A stretch of 64,000 nt of DNA, taken from assembly GCA_002269645.1 (NCBI GenBank), contig NIVC01000748.1:1-64000 (forward strand). The letters run 5' to 3'. The notes beneath the pieces were generated by a model. That model worked only from the letters and a program-made list of their open reading frames with translations. It made no database searches and was not told the origin of the DNA. This DNA comes from Macrostomum lignano. Its lineage: Eukaryota. Shown in pieces: positions 1-13,165 of this stretch (position 1 is its first letter; every line of letters starts with the position of its first letter). Position numbers and translations under genes: made by a program.

Positions 1-2442
1 CAGTCGCACCAGGCGGCAGTCAGTGGGCGTCTCCGATCGTGGTCGTTGAGGAAGCCCAACGGCGACATCAGGATCTGTGCCGACTACAAGATCGGGGTGA
101 ACCCCAAGATCTGTGCTGATTCATATCCGCTGCCCAACATCGAGACGGCGTTCTGCGAGCTTGCGGAATGTCTCACTTCGGCACCATCGACCTGGCGGAC
201 GCGTACAATCAGCTCGAGCTGGACGAGGCTTCAAAGGAAATTCTCACCATCAACACCCCGATTGGACTGCTACGCTGGACAAGGATGCCCTACGGCGTGA
301 AGACGGCGAGCGCACAGTTTCAGGCGGCCATGGAAGCAACGATCGGTGGTCGGTGTCGAACCTGGTCATCTACCAGGACGATGTCTGCGTCGGAGCCAGG
401 TCAGAGGCCGAGCTAGACGAGAAGGTCGAGAAACTGTTGCGCAAGCTCAAGGCGGCCGGAATGCAGATCAACGAGCGTAAGTGCGTCTTCAGAAGCACCG
501 CGATCTCATTCCTCGGGTACAAGATCTCCGCTGATGGTGTTCGGCCCGACTCGAAGCTGGTGGAAAAAGTTCAGCAGACCCGTGCGCCGACGAACCGCAA
601 GGAGCTTGAATCCTTCCTGGGGCTCACGAACTACTACGCGCGGTACGTCCGGGCCTATGCTGAGCGGGTCGAGCCACTCACGAAGCTGAGAAGTAAGCAG
701 ACACCATTCAAGTGGGGCCAGGACCAGCAGAAGGCATTCGACGACCTCAAGAAGGCTCTGGCAGTGTATCCAGTAGTGCGCATCTTTGATGCTTCGAAGC
801 GCACCACACTGACAACAGACGCCAGTGAGAAAGCGATCTCAGCCATCCTGACTCAAGACGAGCACCCGGTGATCTACCTGTCTCGACGGCTCACAGCGGC
901 AGAGCAGAACTACTCCAACATCGAGCGAGAGGCCCTCGCCATCGTGTGGGCGACTCAGCGAGCACGACACTTTCTGCTGGGCGCCAAGTTCACCCTGAAC
1001 TGCGACCATCAGCCGCTGGAGTTCATCTTCAGCCCAGCCAAGGAGATCCCGAAGGTCACGTCTGCGAGAATCACGCGGTGGGCGATCCAACTGGCTGCTT
1101 TCGACTACGAAATCGCGTACGTCCGCGGAAGAAGCATCCCACATGTCGACGCGATGTCGAGACTCGAGTTCGAGGAGAAGTCCGAGCAACCGGAGGTGGT
1201 CGACAGTGTCATCCACTGGACCGAGACTGACGTGCTAAAACTGGAGGACGTTCAGCAGGCTACGGCGACCGACTCAGTGCTGCTGGGCATCAAACGCCGG
1301 ATCCGCGACAACGTCTGGAGCAACTGCTCTGCGGCCGAGCGTCCCTTCAAGAGCGTGCGCCAGCAGCTGTCCGTCGAGGACGGCGTCATCTGCATGGGTG
1401 ACCTGGTGGTGCCGCCAGCCGCGCTGCGACCTCAGCTGCTACAAGCGGCACACGGCGACACCCACTGCGGAGCGCTGGCGACGCGCAACCGGCTCAAGCG
1501 AGAGGCCTGGTGGCCAGGCCACTGCGATGACGTCGAGCGATACGTCAAGCAGTGTGTGAAGTGCGCGGAGATCCGCACACCACCAGCCCGCACGATGCAC
1601 ACCTGGCCAGCGGAGACCACGGCGTGGCAGCGGGTGCACATCGACCACGCGCACGTGCAAGGAGCCGGCTCCCTCCTCATCGTGGTGGACGCCTTCTCTG
1701 GTTGGCCGGAGGCGGTGCTGGTGCCCGACAGGACGGCCAGAACGACGCTGCGGGTTCTGCGGGCGATCTTCTCGAGGCTGGGCGTGCCCCGGACCCTGGT
1801 ATCGGACAACGCGCCAGAATTCTGCGACGGCGAGCTGCAGCAGTGGCTACAGCGCATTGGGTGCAACCTGGTGCACTCGCCGCCGTACCATCCGCAGTCC
1901 AACGGCTGTGCTGAGCGCATGGTCCAGACGGTGAAACACGGGCTCCGAGCATTCGCAGCGCACCGCGGCTCCTTCGAAGCGTACCTGGCCAAGCTGCTGC
2001 TCAATTACCGGTCGACGGCGAGGAGCGACGGCCGGGGCAGCCCGTCGGCGCTGATGGGCCGACAGCTGAGGAGTCCACTGACGATGACCTTCGAGGTCGA
2101 CGCACCAGTTGTTTACCAGCCAAGCTCCAAGGCAACAGCCGAGCCCGCTCGCTTTGTGGTCCAAGCTGGCAGCAACACGGCGGTGATCATTCGCGATCAC
2201 AACGGCCAGTCCTCGCCCATCGAGACCAAATTCGGCCGCTGCCGGTCGACTCGACGGTCACGCCAGGGCAGGGGCAAGCGACCGGGCGCGGACCAGAGAC
2301 AGCGGCTGAGGAGACTCCGGTCGAGCCCGAGACTCCGCGGCTGGGCAGCCCCAACGCCGAAATCGAGGTGCCGGCGGCGCCGAGGCGTAGCGAACGCGGA
2401 AACAAAGGAGTTCCCCCCGAGCGGCTCACTCCTCGGTGGTGA
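1..2442 (+). mobile_element. pol: Ty3/Gypsy LTR retrotransposon pol (RT-RNaseH-integrase), 5'-truncated by the window edge, three 1-bp frameshifts
   Basis: RT motifs KPNGDIRICADY, IDLADAYNQ, MPYG and YQDD; RNase H TDAS..NYSNIEREALA; integrase HHCC (H-GDTH..C..C) and DDE (HIDH, SDNAPEF, NGCAER). RT-RH-IN order is Gypsy. Frame switches near 165, 350 and 2210. The corrected C-terminus AHRDQIRP...RRSERGNKGVPPERLTPRW stops at 2440-2442. Confidence 0.95.
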
Positions 2443-2447
2443 GGGGA

Positions 2448-2762
2448 TGTGGCGCCGCTTGGCGGGGCTCACTAACTATCTCTGACTCGCGTTGCGTATC
2501 TGCGTACTTGATATCTAGTGTACTCATTACCAATGTACTCGTACTTAGTGTGCACGCGCGGCACGTTGCATCTTTCTATTCTATATGCTAAAGCTTGAAG
2601 TTTGATCGCGCTGTACTCCTAATGTAGGCGGCATGTTGCCGTCGGTCAATATTCAATATAATATAAAGGCCGGTTTGGCTACCAGTTGAAGTCTCGTATT
2701 CTACGCTCAGCTAAGAGCTCTCTCAAATAGAAAAGAGTCTTTCTTATTGCTACGACACGACA
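2448..2762 (+). mobile_element. 3' LTR of the Gypsy element (~315 bp)
   Basis: Purine-rich PPT (GAGGGGA, 2441-2447) directly after the pol stop, then TGTGGCG...CACGACA (imperfect TG..CA terminal inverted repeat); TATA-like TATAATATAAA near 2657. The 5' LTR is outside the window, so the end point is inferred. Confidence 0.65.
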
Positions 2763-3029
2763 AAAATCTATATTTCCATATAACAAAGGAATTATCTATT
2801 GATATTTGTTTCTCCAACTTCCATAATATTCGTCTGAATTCTTGAACGAAGTCGCGTACACATTGATTTTATAGTTTCGTCCTATTTCTTCCTAACAATG
2901 TCACTCTGATTGGGGTTTGCCTTGAACCAGCGTGATTGAATTATTGAAGTTAACTGCGTGTTATAACTGGTTTCGGTGAATACTTTTGTAAAAATCGAAC
3001 TCGAACTCCAACATATTTATGCAGCGGTA

Positions 3030-4135
3030 CTCTAAACTTCTCAAACTCGAAGCTTCACAAACTCGAAGCTTCACAAACTCGAAGCTTCACAAACTCGAAG
3101 CTTCACAAACTCGAAGCTTCACAAACTCGAAGCTTCACAAACTCGAAGCTTCACAAACTCGAAGCTTCACAAACTCGAAGCTTCACAAACTATTAACTTC
3201 ACAAACTCTAAACTTCACAAACTCTAAACTGCACAAACTCTAAACTTCACAAACTCTAAACTGCACAAACTCTAAACTTCACAAACTCTAAACTGCACAA
3301 ACTCTAAACTGCACAAACTCTAAACTTCACAAACTCTAAACTGCACAAACTCTAAACTTCACAAACTCTAAACTTCACAAACTCTAAACTGCACAAACTC
3401 TAAACTTCACAAACTCTAAACTGCACAAACTCTAAACTGCACAAACTCTAAACTTCACAAACTCTAAACTTCACAAACTCTAAACTGCACAAACTCTAAA
3501 CTTCACAAACTCTAAACTGCACAAACTCTAAACTGCACAAACTCTAAACTTCACAAACTCTAAACTTCACAAACTCTAAACTGCACAAACTCTAAACTTC
3601 ACAAACTCTAAACTGCACAAACTCTAAACTGCACAAACTCTAAACTTCACAAACTCTAAACTTCACAAACTCTAAACTGCACAAACTCTAAACTTCACAA
3701 ACTCTAAACTGCACAAACTCTAAACTTCACAAACTCTAAACTTCACAAACTCTAAACTTCACAAACTCTAAACTGCACAAACTCTAAACTTCACAAACTC
3801 TAAACTGCACAAACTCTAAACTGCACAAACTCTAAACTGCACAAACTCTAAACTTCACAAACTCTAAACTGCACAAACTCTAAACTTCACAAACTCTAAA
3901 CTTCACAAACTCTAAACTTCACAAACTCTAAACTGCACAAACTCGAAGCTTCACAAACTCTAAACTTCACACACTCTAAACTTCACAAACTCTAAACTGC
4001 ACAAACTCGAAGCTTCACAAACTCTAAACTTCACACACTCTAAACTTCACAAACTCTAAACTTCACAAACACTTAACTTCACAAATTCGAAATTTCACAA
4101 ATTCAAAATTTCACAAACTCTAAACTTCACACACT
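3030..4135. repeat. 16-bp minisatellite AAACTCTAAACT(T/G)CAC, with variant AAACTCGAAGCTTCAC at the left end
   Basis: Direct tandem periodicity. Confidence 0.97.
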
Positions 4136-5002
4136 GAAAATTTCATAAGCTCGAAGCTTTACGAACTTAAAACTTAGCATCACATTACTGAAATTTCGAA
4201 CGCACAAAACACCCCCATTATATTTAAGCCGAATCGAAATTTTACTAGTGACAAATTCAAGAATCACTGTCTGCCTGTCTGCCTTTTAACCAACAATCGC
4301 AGCTGATGCCAAGATTGACAACCCAATCTGCTGCGCTCTCGAGCTCTTCATCGATCCGCTCTTTGCCTCTCTGTCCCAGTCTGTGCCCACTCTCTCTCTC
4401 TCTCTCTCTCTCTGTGTGCCTTTTAGCTCGATAACTAGGCTGATGTGCCTTTCTCCTCGATATGTGGTGTTAAATAATTAAGTGGCAACTGAGGGTTGAA
4501 GGCGGCAGGCAGTTCTGCAAATTTGTGTCTCTCCAGTCACGATTTCTGTTAAAAATGATGCCACAGAAATATGACACACAATATACATCCTGACATGCAG
4601 TCTCTTTCGAGTCCTATTCGAAGCTCAAATATTTGGTCCGAGTGGCTAAAACTTTGAGGCAAAATCTGAAATCCTTAGTCTAACGGCGCGTGTCTACGTT
4701 TTTCATGAAGTAATTATTTTAATTTGAAGAAAATAGTCTCCCGGACATTCGGGTTGGCTCAGGGACTTCCGAAACAAGCTGGCTTATTTCCCCTGCAGAA
4801 GACCTGGACCCCCGCCTCCAACTCTCCTCAGGCTGCAAGATTAAGCAAACTCGTACAAAGGCGCCAATACTGCACGCAGGCCCGCACTCATACACATGCT
4901 CACACAGCTAGGGTGTCAAAATGTCAGAGTTTGAGAAAGTCAGAGAGTCTCAGAGATTTACAGTCAGAAGATTTAGAGGCTCTGGGAAAGTCAGAGAGTG
5001 GT

Positions 5003-5510
5003 GGCAGAGAGTCAGGGTGTCAGAGAGTCAGGGTGTCAGAGAGTCAGAGTGTCAGAGAGTCAGGGTGTCAGAGAGTCAAGGTGTCAAAGAGTCAGGGTGT
5101 CAGAGAGTCAGGGTGTCAGAGAGTCAGGGTGTCAGAGAGTCAGGGTGTCAGAGAGTCAGGGTGTCAGAGAGTCAGGGTGTCAGTGAGTCAAGGTGTCAGT
5201 GAGTCAAGGTGTCAGAGAGTCAGAGTGTCAGAGAGTCAGGGTGTCAGAGAGTCAGGGTGTCAGAGAGTCAGGGTGTCAGAGAGTCAGGGTGTCAGAGAGT
5301 CAGGGTGTCAGAGAGTCAGGGTGACAGAGAGTCAGGGTGTCAGAGAGTCAGAGTGTCAGAGAGTCAGGGTGTCAGAGAGTCAAGGTGTCAGAGAGTCAGG
5401 GTGTCAGAGAGTCAGGGTGTCAGAGAGTCAGGGTGTCAGAGTCAGGGTGTCAGAGAGTCAGGGTGTCAGAGAGTCAGAGTGTCAGAGAGTCAGGGTGTCA
5501 GAGAGTCAGA
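5003..5510. repeat. 16-bp minisatellite GAGTCAGGGTGTCAGA
   Basis: Direct tandem periodicity. Confidence 0.97.
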
Positions 5511-6308
5511 CACAGAGACAGCCAGCACTTTGCAGTGACCCGAGCTCCAATCTGGCAACCATTTATCCGGTTTCCCCTCGCCTCGGAGGGGATAATTGAC
5601 AGAGCGGGGACCAGCGCATCCGGAGGGGAAGGGCAGAAGGCCAGGGGCCGAACTGAGGAAGCTGCAAGCTGATGTTGGCCTTGTTCGGGAAAACATGCAA
5701 GAATTGATCCGACAAAAAAATATCAAAATCAAGCCATTTCAGCCCAGACCCCTAACCCGGAATCCTCTCTGATCCCAACAGATTTTTATCCCTAAGAACA
5801 GGAAGAAAAAAGCGTTGCTGCTAATGGGGCTGATGGCTGGAATTAATAGAAACAGCATGCAAAAAAGTGACAACAATATGAAAAAGAAACTGTTTTTCTG
5901 CTGAACAGTTCCCCATTAGAGTTAAGCAGGAATGGGGAAAAAACTATAACTAGGGTACTATTTTGGGAAGAACTGAATGCTCCCCATCTCAGCGAAAAAG
6001 AGAGGATTTGAAACTCGATCCTACTCAAGCTCTGTCACTTTGCAAAGCTTTCGAGCCAAGCCTTCAACTGCAAATACCAATTCCTTTGGGAAATCTTTAA
6101 TATGCAGTTGCCGATGTGGACCTCAAATTTAATGGCAATTCAGTGCCCAGACAGCGAAACACTCTCTTCTAGAACGTGCTGAAATTGAAAAAAGAACTGC
6201 TACAAGCTGACTAGAGAAAGCAAAAAAACATTTTAAGTCACAGCTGTTAGAGGACTGAGGACTCCCTCAAGCACTCTAGGGGACGTTAGTGAAATTAACT
6301 AATTTACA

Positions 6309-6790
6309 GCCAACCCCCTCACCACCACCCCACAGCCAACCTCCACACCCACCAACCCACAGCCAACCCCTTCACCCATCACCCCACAGCCGACCCCCTC
6401 CACCCACCACCCCACAGCCAACCCCTCAGCCACCACCCCACAGCCAACCCCGTCACCCACCACCTACAGCCAACCCCGTCACCCACCACCTACAGCCAAC
6501 CCCATCACCCACCACCCCACAGCCAACACCCTCACCCACCACCCCACAGCCAACCGCCTCACCCACAACCCCACAGCTGACCCCTCACCCGCCACCCCAC
6601 AGCCGACCCCGTCACCCACCACCTACAGCCAACCCCGTCACCCACCACCTACAGCCAACCCCATCACCCACCACCCCACAGCCAACACCCTCACCCACCA
6701 CCCCACAGCCAACCCCCTCACCCACAACCCCACAGCCGACCCCCTCACCCGCCACCCCACAGCCGACCCTCACCCACCACCCACCGCAAA
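6309..6790. repeat. C/A-rich degenerate minisatellite (CCCCACAGCCAACCCC...) just 5' of a Notch acceptor
   Basis: Irregular tandem units. Confidence 0.9.
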
Positions 6791-6830
6791 ACCATCACAA
6801 AATACTCACCCTCGCCAAATTCCTCTGCAG

Positions 6831-9800
6831 GCACCCGCTGCGAAGTCCCACCGCAGTCAGAATCGGTGTCAGATCCCTGCGCCTCGAACCAGCCGTGCCT
6901 TCACGGTGGCCTGTGCAGAAGCTTCGCCGCCACCGGCACATTCGTATGCGACTGCGCGTCCGGCTGGTTGGGCCTTCGCTGCGAGCAGCTGCTGAACCCG
7001 TGCACCGAATCATCGTGTCTTGGCCGAGGCCGCTGCTTGCCGACAGCAGCTGGCGGATTCAACTGCCGTTGTCATGCGGGATTTCGAGGCCGATACTGCG
7101 AGCATTTATCGCAGCCGACCGGCTTGCCGACAGTCCAGCCGGAACCCTGCAATTCCAGCCGGTGGCAGTCCTGGTGTCTGAACGGCGGCCGCTGTTTCCA
7201 GTTGGTTGGCGTCGAACTTCCGGTGTGCCAGTGTCGACGCGGTTTCACCGGCAGTCGCTGCCAGATCGACGTGAACGAATGCGAGCAGTTCGGCGGGGCC
7301 TGTCTGAATGGGGGCGAGTGCGTTGACGAGCCTGGAGGGTTCAGGTGCACCTGCAAACCCGGCTTTCAGGTGAGTGGCTGAGTGAGGATTGGAGACAGGT
7401 GCATTACAGCACATGGAGACTTGAATTTCAGGAAAGATCTGCAACAATTAAAATTTATTTTCAGATACTACACGTCCTCCATGTATATTTTATACACACC
7501 ATTTTTATTTAGCTAATTAATCTGTTTAACTGGTAGAGCCTGAAAAATCCTCCTTAGGATTGATCTTCTAATAGCCCAAGAGTCCTCTTGCCCCTCTTTC
7601 TTACAAAATGGTCATTTTTCACTATCAGCCCCATCCCATCCTCTGCTACCCACCCCATCCTCCGCTACCCACCCCATCCTCCGCTACCCACCCCACATCC
7701 CCCGCCAGCCACCGCATCCTTCGCTACCCACCCCATCCTCCGCTACCCACCTTATCCTCCGCTACCCACCCCATCCTCCGCTATCCACCCCATCCTTCGC
7801 TATTCACCCTATCCTCCGCTACCCACCCCATCCTCCGCTACCCACCCCATCGTCCGCTACCCACCCCATCCTCCGCTACCCACTCCGTCCTCCGCTACCC
7901 ACCCCATTCTCCGCTACCCACCCCATCCTCCGCTACCCACCCCATTCTCCGCTACCCACCCCATCCTCCGCTACCCACCCCATTCTCCGCTACCCACCCC
8001 ATTCTCCGCTACCCACCCCATTCTCCGCTACCCACCACATTCTCCGCTACCCACCCCATCCTCCGCTACCCACCTTATCCTCCGCTACCCACCCCATCCT
8101 CCGTTACCCACCCCATTCTCCGCTACCCACCCCATTCTCAGCTACCCACCCCGTCCTACCAAATACTACAAACGTACCTGACATTGCAATGCACTATTAG
8201 TCACTTAATTCTTATTAGGTAACGGCTCCATTTATAAAGTCCATCCGTTTTCGGGAAATACGCTTCCCCAAGGATCTGAGAGCCAGAGCAAGCACAGTAA
8301 AGACGCACGGGCACAGGCCCATATCTTTTCTTTCTATAAAATGATTTAATAACTTTCCCATCCCTGAAGTTGAGTTGATGCTAATTCAAACAAAAAATGT
8401 TCTGCTACGGAAAAACAGCACGAAGTCCATGGATAATGAGCAGGAGGTTTTTGTAGCATTATTGCGTGATCTTTTTGCCAGAGTCTGCCTGACTTTCGGC
8501 TCTATCAAGTGTACTTTACTATTTTCACTGTTTTACTACTGATCAAATTTTATTATTCACCGCTGCTATTCACATTTTTCAAGTTCACTCTACCTCTTAC
8601 ACTCTTCACACTGCACTCGTAACTCTTCACTTCTCACCCGTTACTCTTCACTCCTCACCCGTCACTCTTCACTCCTCACCCGTCACTCTTCACTCCTCAC
8701 CCGTCACTCTTCACTCCTCACCCGTCAAAGTCTTCACTCCTCATCCGTCACTCTTCACTCCTCATCCGTCACTCTTCACTCCTCACCCGTCACTCTTCAC
8801 TCCTCACCCGTCACTCTTCACTCCTCACCCGTCAAACTCTTCACTCCTCACCCGTCAAACTCTTCACTCCTCACCCGTCAAACTCTTCACTCCTCACCCG
8901 TCACTTGTCACACATTTACTTTGCAGTCTTCAATCCTCACCCGTCACTCTTCACTCCTCATCCGTCACTCTTCACTCTTCACCCGTCACTCTTCACTCTT
9001 CACCCGTCACTCTTCACTCCTCACCCGTCACTCTTCACTCCTCACCCGTCACTCTTCACTCCTCACCCGTCACTCTTCACTCCTCACCCGTCACTCTTCA
9101 CTCCTCACCCGTCAAACTCTTCACTCCTCACCCGTCAAACTCTTCACTCCTCACCCGTCAAACTCTTCACTCCTCACCCGTCACTTGTCACACATTTACT
9201 TTGCAGTCTTCAATCCTCACCCGTCACTCTTCACTCCTCACCCGTCACTCTTCACTCCTCACCCGTCAAACTCTTCACTCCTCACCCGTCAAACTCTTCA
9301 CTCCTCACCCGTCAAACTCTTCACTCCTCACCCGTCACTTGTCACACATTTACTTTGCAGTCTTCAATCCTCACCCGTCACTCTTCACTCCTCATCCGTC
9401 ACTCTTCACTCTTCACCCGTCACTCTTCACTCTTCACCCGTCACTCTTCACTCCTCACCCGTCACTCTTCACTCCTCACCCGTCACTCTTCACTCCTCAC
9501 CCGTCACTCTTCACTCCTCACCCGTCACTCTTCACTCCTCACCCGTCACTCTTCACTCCTCACCCGTCAAACTCTTCACTCCTCACCCGTCAAACTCTTC
9601 ACTCCTCACCCGTCACTTGTCACACATTTACTTTGCAGTCTTCAATCCTCACCCGTCACTCTTCACTCCTCACCCGTCACTCTTCACTCCTCATCCGTCA
9701 CTCTTCACTCCTCACCCGTCACTCTTCACTTCTCACCCGTCACTCTTCACTCCTCACCCGTCACTCTTCACTGCTACCTAGTCAACTGTCACACCTTTAA

Positions 9801-12800
9801 TTTGCAGTCTTCACTTCTCACCGGACGTTGCTCTGTTTTTCACTGTTTTCTGCTCATTCTATTCTCAAGGTTTGACACTTGTCACCCACCCTACATCAGA
9901 AGTTCCCTAAGCCCTAATCCGATCTTTTTGCCGCCTCATCATCCGCTTTAATCAGCCACCTTAGCAACCTGTTTGACCTAAGCTACCTGCCTTTGTGAGA
10001 TCAAAGTTCTAATTATTTTTAGGTTTTTAATGAAAGCAGATGTTTACTTAGATTGGAAGAAACAAGGTGACTAGACTAAATGAAGAGCAGACTCACTTTT
10101 GACCCTCTGGATAGCCAGGTATCTTGTATCAATCCGATTCTATTTCCGGATCGCAAAAGTTTTCTGCACCAATTCCAATAGCTAATTTATTTATTTTTAG
10201 TTAATGGGTTAATCATCTCCTTTGTTTCTCTTCATTTCTATCCTCTGTTCCCAGCTCACAATCGCAATCAATACGCCTTAACTCTGTCATTTATGCTTGC
10301 TCTTCCCGTTCTGCACTGTAGCTCGTACCAAAATTCTCTCTAATTGCCCAACACAGCAGCACCCACCCCATCCTCCGCTACCCACCCCATCCTCCGCTAC
10401 CCACCCCATCCTCCCCTACCCACCACATCCTCCATTACCCACCCCATCCTCCCCTACCCACCACATCCTCCATTACCCACCCCATCCTCCGCTATCCACC
10501 CCATCCTCCGCTACCCACCCCATCCTCCGCTACCCACCCCATCCTCCGCTACCCACCCCATCCTCCGCTACCCACCCCATCCTCCGTTACCCACCCATCC
10601 TCCGCTACTCACCCCATCCTCCGCTACCCACCTCATTCTCCGCTACCCGCTCCATCCCCGCTACCCACCCCATCCTCCGTTACCCACCCCATCCTCCGCT
10701 ACCCACCCCATCCTCCGTTACCCACCCCATCCTCCGCTACCCACCCCATCCCCGCTACTCACCCCATCCTCCGCTACCTACCTCATTCTCCGCTACCCAC
10801 TCCATCCCCCGCTACCCACCCCATCCTCCACTACCCACCCCATCCTCCGCTACCCACCCCATCCTCCGCTACCCACCCCATCCTCCGCTACCCACCCCAT
10901 CCTCCGCCACCCACCCCATCTACGGTTACCCACTTCAGCTTACCTAAACATGATCAAAACTCCTAAATTCAACACCTAAAAACTACGAGGGGCGTACTGA
11001 AAGTTTTGAGATACACCGAAACCACAAATGTCTGAAACAAAATTTCTGTCACAATTTTTCGAAGTAGCTCGTATCTTTGTTTTCTAGTATTGAATATCAT
11101 AAACGACCTTTCCTTGCAGGGCCCGTACTGTCAAGGTGACACGGGTGAATGCGCGAACAGCCTCGGTCCGTGCAGCCCAGCGGGCACCCTTCGCTGCCTC
11201 CGCAGAGGTCCGTCCGACCGTCTGAGCAGCTTCACCTGCACCTGCAAGCCGGGCTTCTCCGGTCCGCTCTGCCATCGACGCGTCGACCCGTGCGACAGCG
11301 TCGTGTGTCTCGGCGGCGGTCGCTGCGTCTTCGACAGCTCGGCTGGTCCCGCCTGCCTCTGCCCGCCCGGTCGCGCCGGTCAGCACTGCCAGTTCATCGG
11401 CTCCGCCTGCGACGAATCGCCGTGCCGCGGCGCCGCCTCAACCTGCCGGCAGGTTCGCCTTGGCGGCGGCTTTCGTTGCCACTGCCAGCCAGGTCTGTGC
11501 GGCCCCACCTGCGCGGAACGGTGCCCGACGTTCGCGGAGGCGCGCAACCGCTGTCGCGAGGCCGGCTGCGACGTCCTCGCAGGCGACGGTCGCTGCGACA
11601 GGCGCTGCAGCGGGCCGGCCTGCGACTGGGACGGAGGCGACTGCGGCGGCCTGGGCGCTCGGCCGTGGGTGAACTGCACCGCTATGAGGCTCGGCTTGGC
11701 CGCCTGCGACTCGGTGTACGCAGACGGCGAGTGCAACACAGTCTGCAACACCGAGGCCTGCCTGTTCGACGGCGGCGACTGTCGAGACGATCGGCTGTCG
11801 GCGAGAGCGAAGCCCGACTCGGACCCGTGTCCCTATCGCTACTGCGCCGATCACTTCGCCGACGGCAGCTGCGACCGAGGCTGCGACAGTCCCGCCTGCC
11901 TGTTGGACGGCGGTGACTGCGCTGAGCCGGCGGCCGCTCCGCCGTCCCAGTCGCCGGAGGCAGCAGCAGCGCCGCAGTCGTCTTCAAAGACATCCGCCGA
12001 CGCGGCTGCTTCGATGTGGCGCGAATCCCAACTCGACAAAACTGCTGCTAGCGAGCTGCTGGAACTGGAGGTGGCGGCGTCTCCAGCCGAAGCGTCCGAG
12101 GCCATCCGTTCGCTGACGCGAAGTCTGTCCCGCAACCTGGGCACGCTGCTGCGACTTGTCCAGCCTCCGGTGGCCGCCACCGTCCCCGGCTCGGCTGACG
12201 CAGCGCTGGTCAGATTCCAGCTGGACGCTTGCTTGGACGCCAAGATTTTTTCCAGCTCGTCGGCCGCTGACGCCAATCAAGACGCGTCGCTGACCGATTT
12301 CTGCTATCGAAGCGCAAACTTCGCAGCCCAGGCGGTGGCTGCCGGGGTCATGTCCAGCCGCCTGCTGCTGCCCCTGCGGCTGCGTCGGGTTACTTCGGTT
12401 GGCAGCGGTGACAGCCAGTTGTCTGCGGCGGGTAGCGGTGGCGGCCGCAACAGGAGCGGCGGCAGCGGCGGCGGCGGGGGCGGCGGCGTGATCGGAGTGA
12501 GTCGCTCTGGCGGAGTCGGCAGCTTCCTGCTGCCAGCCGCAGTGGCAGCCGCCTGCCTGCTGGTGCTGGGCCTGCTGCTCGGTTTCCTTCTCAGCGCCAT
12601 GCGCCGAGGCGGCGTCGTGGCCGAGACGGACGGCAACAATGAAGCAGGAGGATTCCGTGGGTGTCGTCGGCAGGCGCGAGTCACGGCGCCGCTAAGCCTG
12701 ACCGCCTCGCCTGTGGCGGGGACTGGCACGGTGGATTCAGCCTCGATGGCTCCACCGCCAGCTGCCAGCCTGAGCGGCTCTCCGCTGCCGCTGCACCGGC

Positions 12801-12883
12801 TGCAGCCGCATCATTATCAGTCACCGGCGCAGCTTCCAGTTCCTAGGATGGCCTACCGAGCTCAGAGACTCGCTTTGGGTCAG
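6831..12883 (+). CDS. notch-like: Notch-like receptor, internal exons 6831-7369 and 11120-12883 (>=7 EGF, 3 LNR, NOD, NODP, TM, start of cytoplasmic tail)
   Basis: Acceptor ctgcag|GC at 6830, donor CAG|gtgagt at 7369, acceptor ttgcag|GGC at 11119, donor CAG|gtgagt at 12883; the phases join as KPGFQ|GPYCQ. Six-Cys EGF repeats include a Ca-binding IDVNEC. Three LNRs end in DGGDC. LELEVAASP..LSRNLGTLLRL resembles NOD; VRFQLD..CYRSANFAAQAVAA resembles NODP. Hydrophobic TM FLLPAAVAAACLLVLGLLLGFLLSAM then RR. The first exon starts mid-EGF, so 5' exons lie left of the window. Confidence 0.9.
7628..8152. repeat. 19-bp minisatellite CTACCCACCCCATCCTCCG (array 1)
   Basis: Tandem periodicity; Notch intron. 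Confidence 0.97.
8620..9830. repeat. 21/22-bp minisatellite CCCGTCA(A)CTCTTCACTCCTCA with a recurring ~30-bp interruption
   Basis: Interruption CTTGTCACACATTTACTTTGCAGTCTTCAAT at ~8904, 9184, 9338 and 9615, degenerate at ~9785. Confidence 0.97.
10361..10922. repeat. 19-bp minisatellite CTACCCACCCCATCCTCCG (array 2)
   Basis: Same unit and orientation as 7628-8152. Confidence 0.97.
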
Positions 12884-13083
12884 GTGAGTGACTACCGATT
12901 TTGGATTCTGAAAATGCATTATGATTAGCTATTAGTATATGGATTTATGTAATAGTATATTAACATTTATTATATATAACTAACTCAATAATACTTTTTC
13001 CTACAATTAATTATACTTTTAACCAACGCTGACTCATACGAGCGACTACCGACAGAAGGTTTCATCTGCCTAGTTAAGGTTCG

Positions 13084-13165
13084 ATCCAACACCATCAGAC
13101 CCTATCCAACACCATCAGACCCTATCCAACACCATCAGACCCTATCCAACACCATCAGACCCTAT
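13084..13165. repeat. 20-bp tandem ATCCAACACCATCAGACCCT x~4
   Basis: Tandem periodicity. Confidence 0.9.

Noticed and set aside
4724-10979. Long ORFs such as 4724-5599, 6289-7326, 7588-8222, 8905-9951 and 10297-10979
   Set aside because: They are translations of stop-free minisatellites, or off-frame overlaps of the Notch exon; several frames are open at once.
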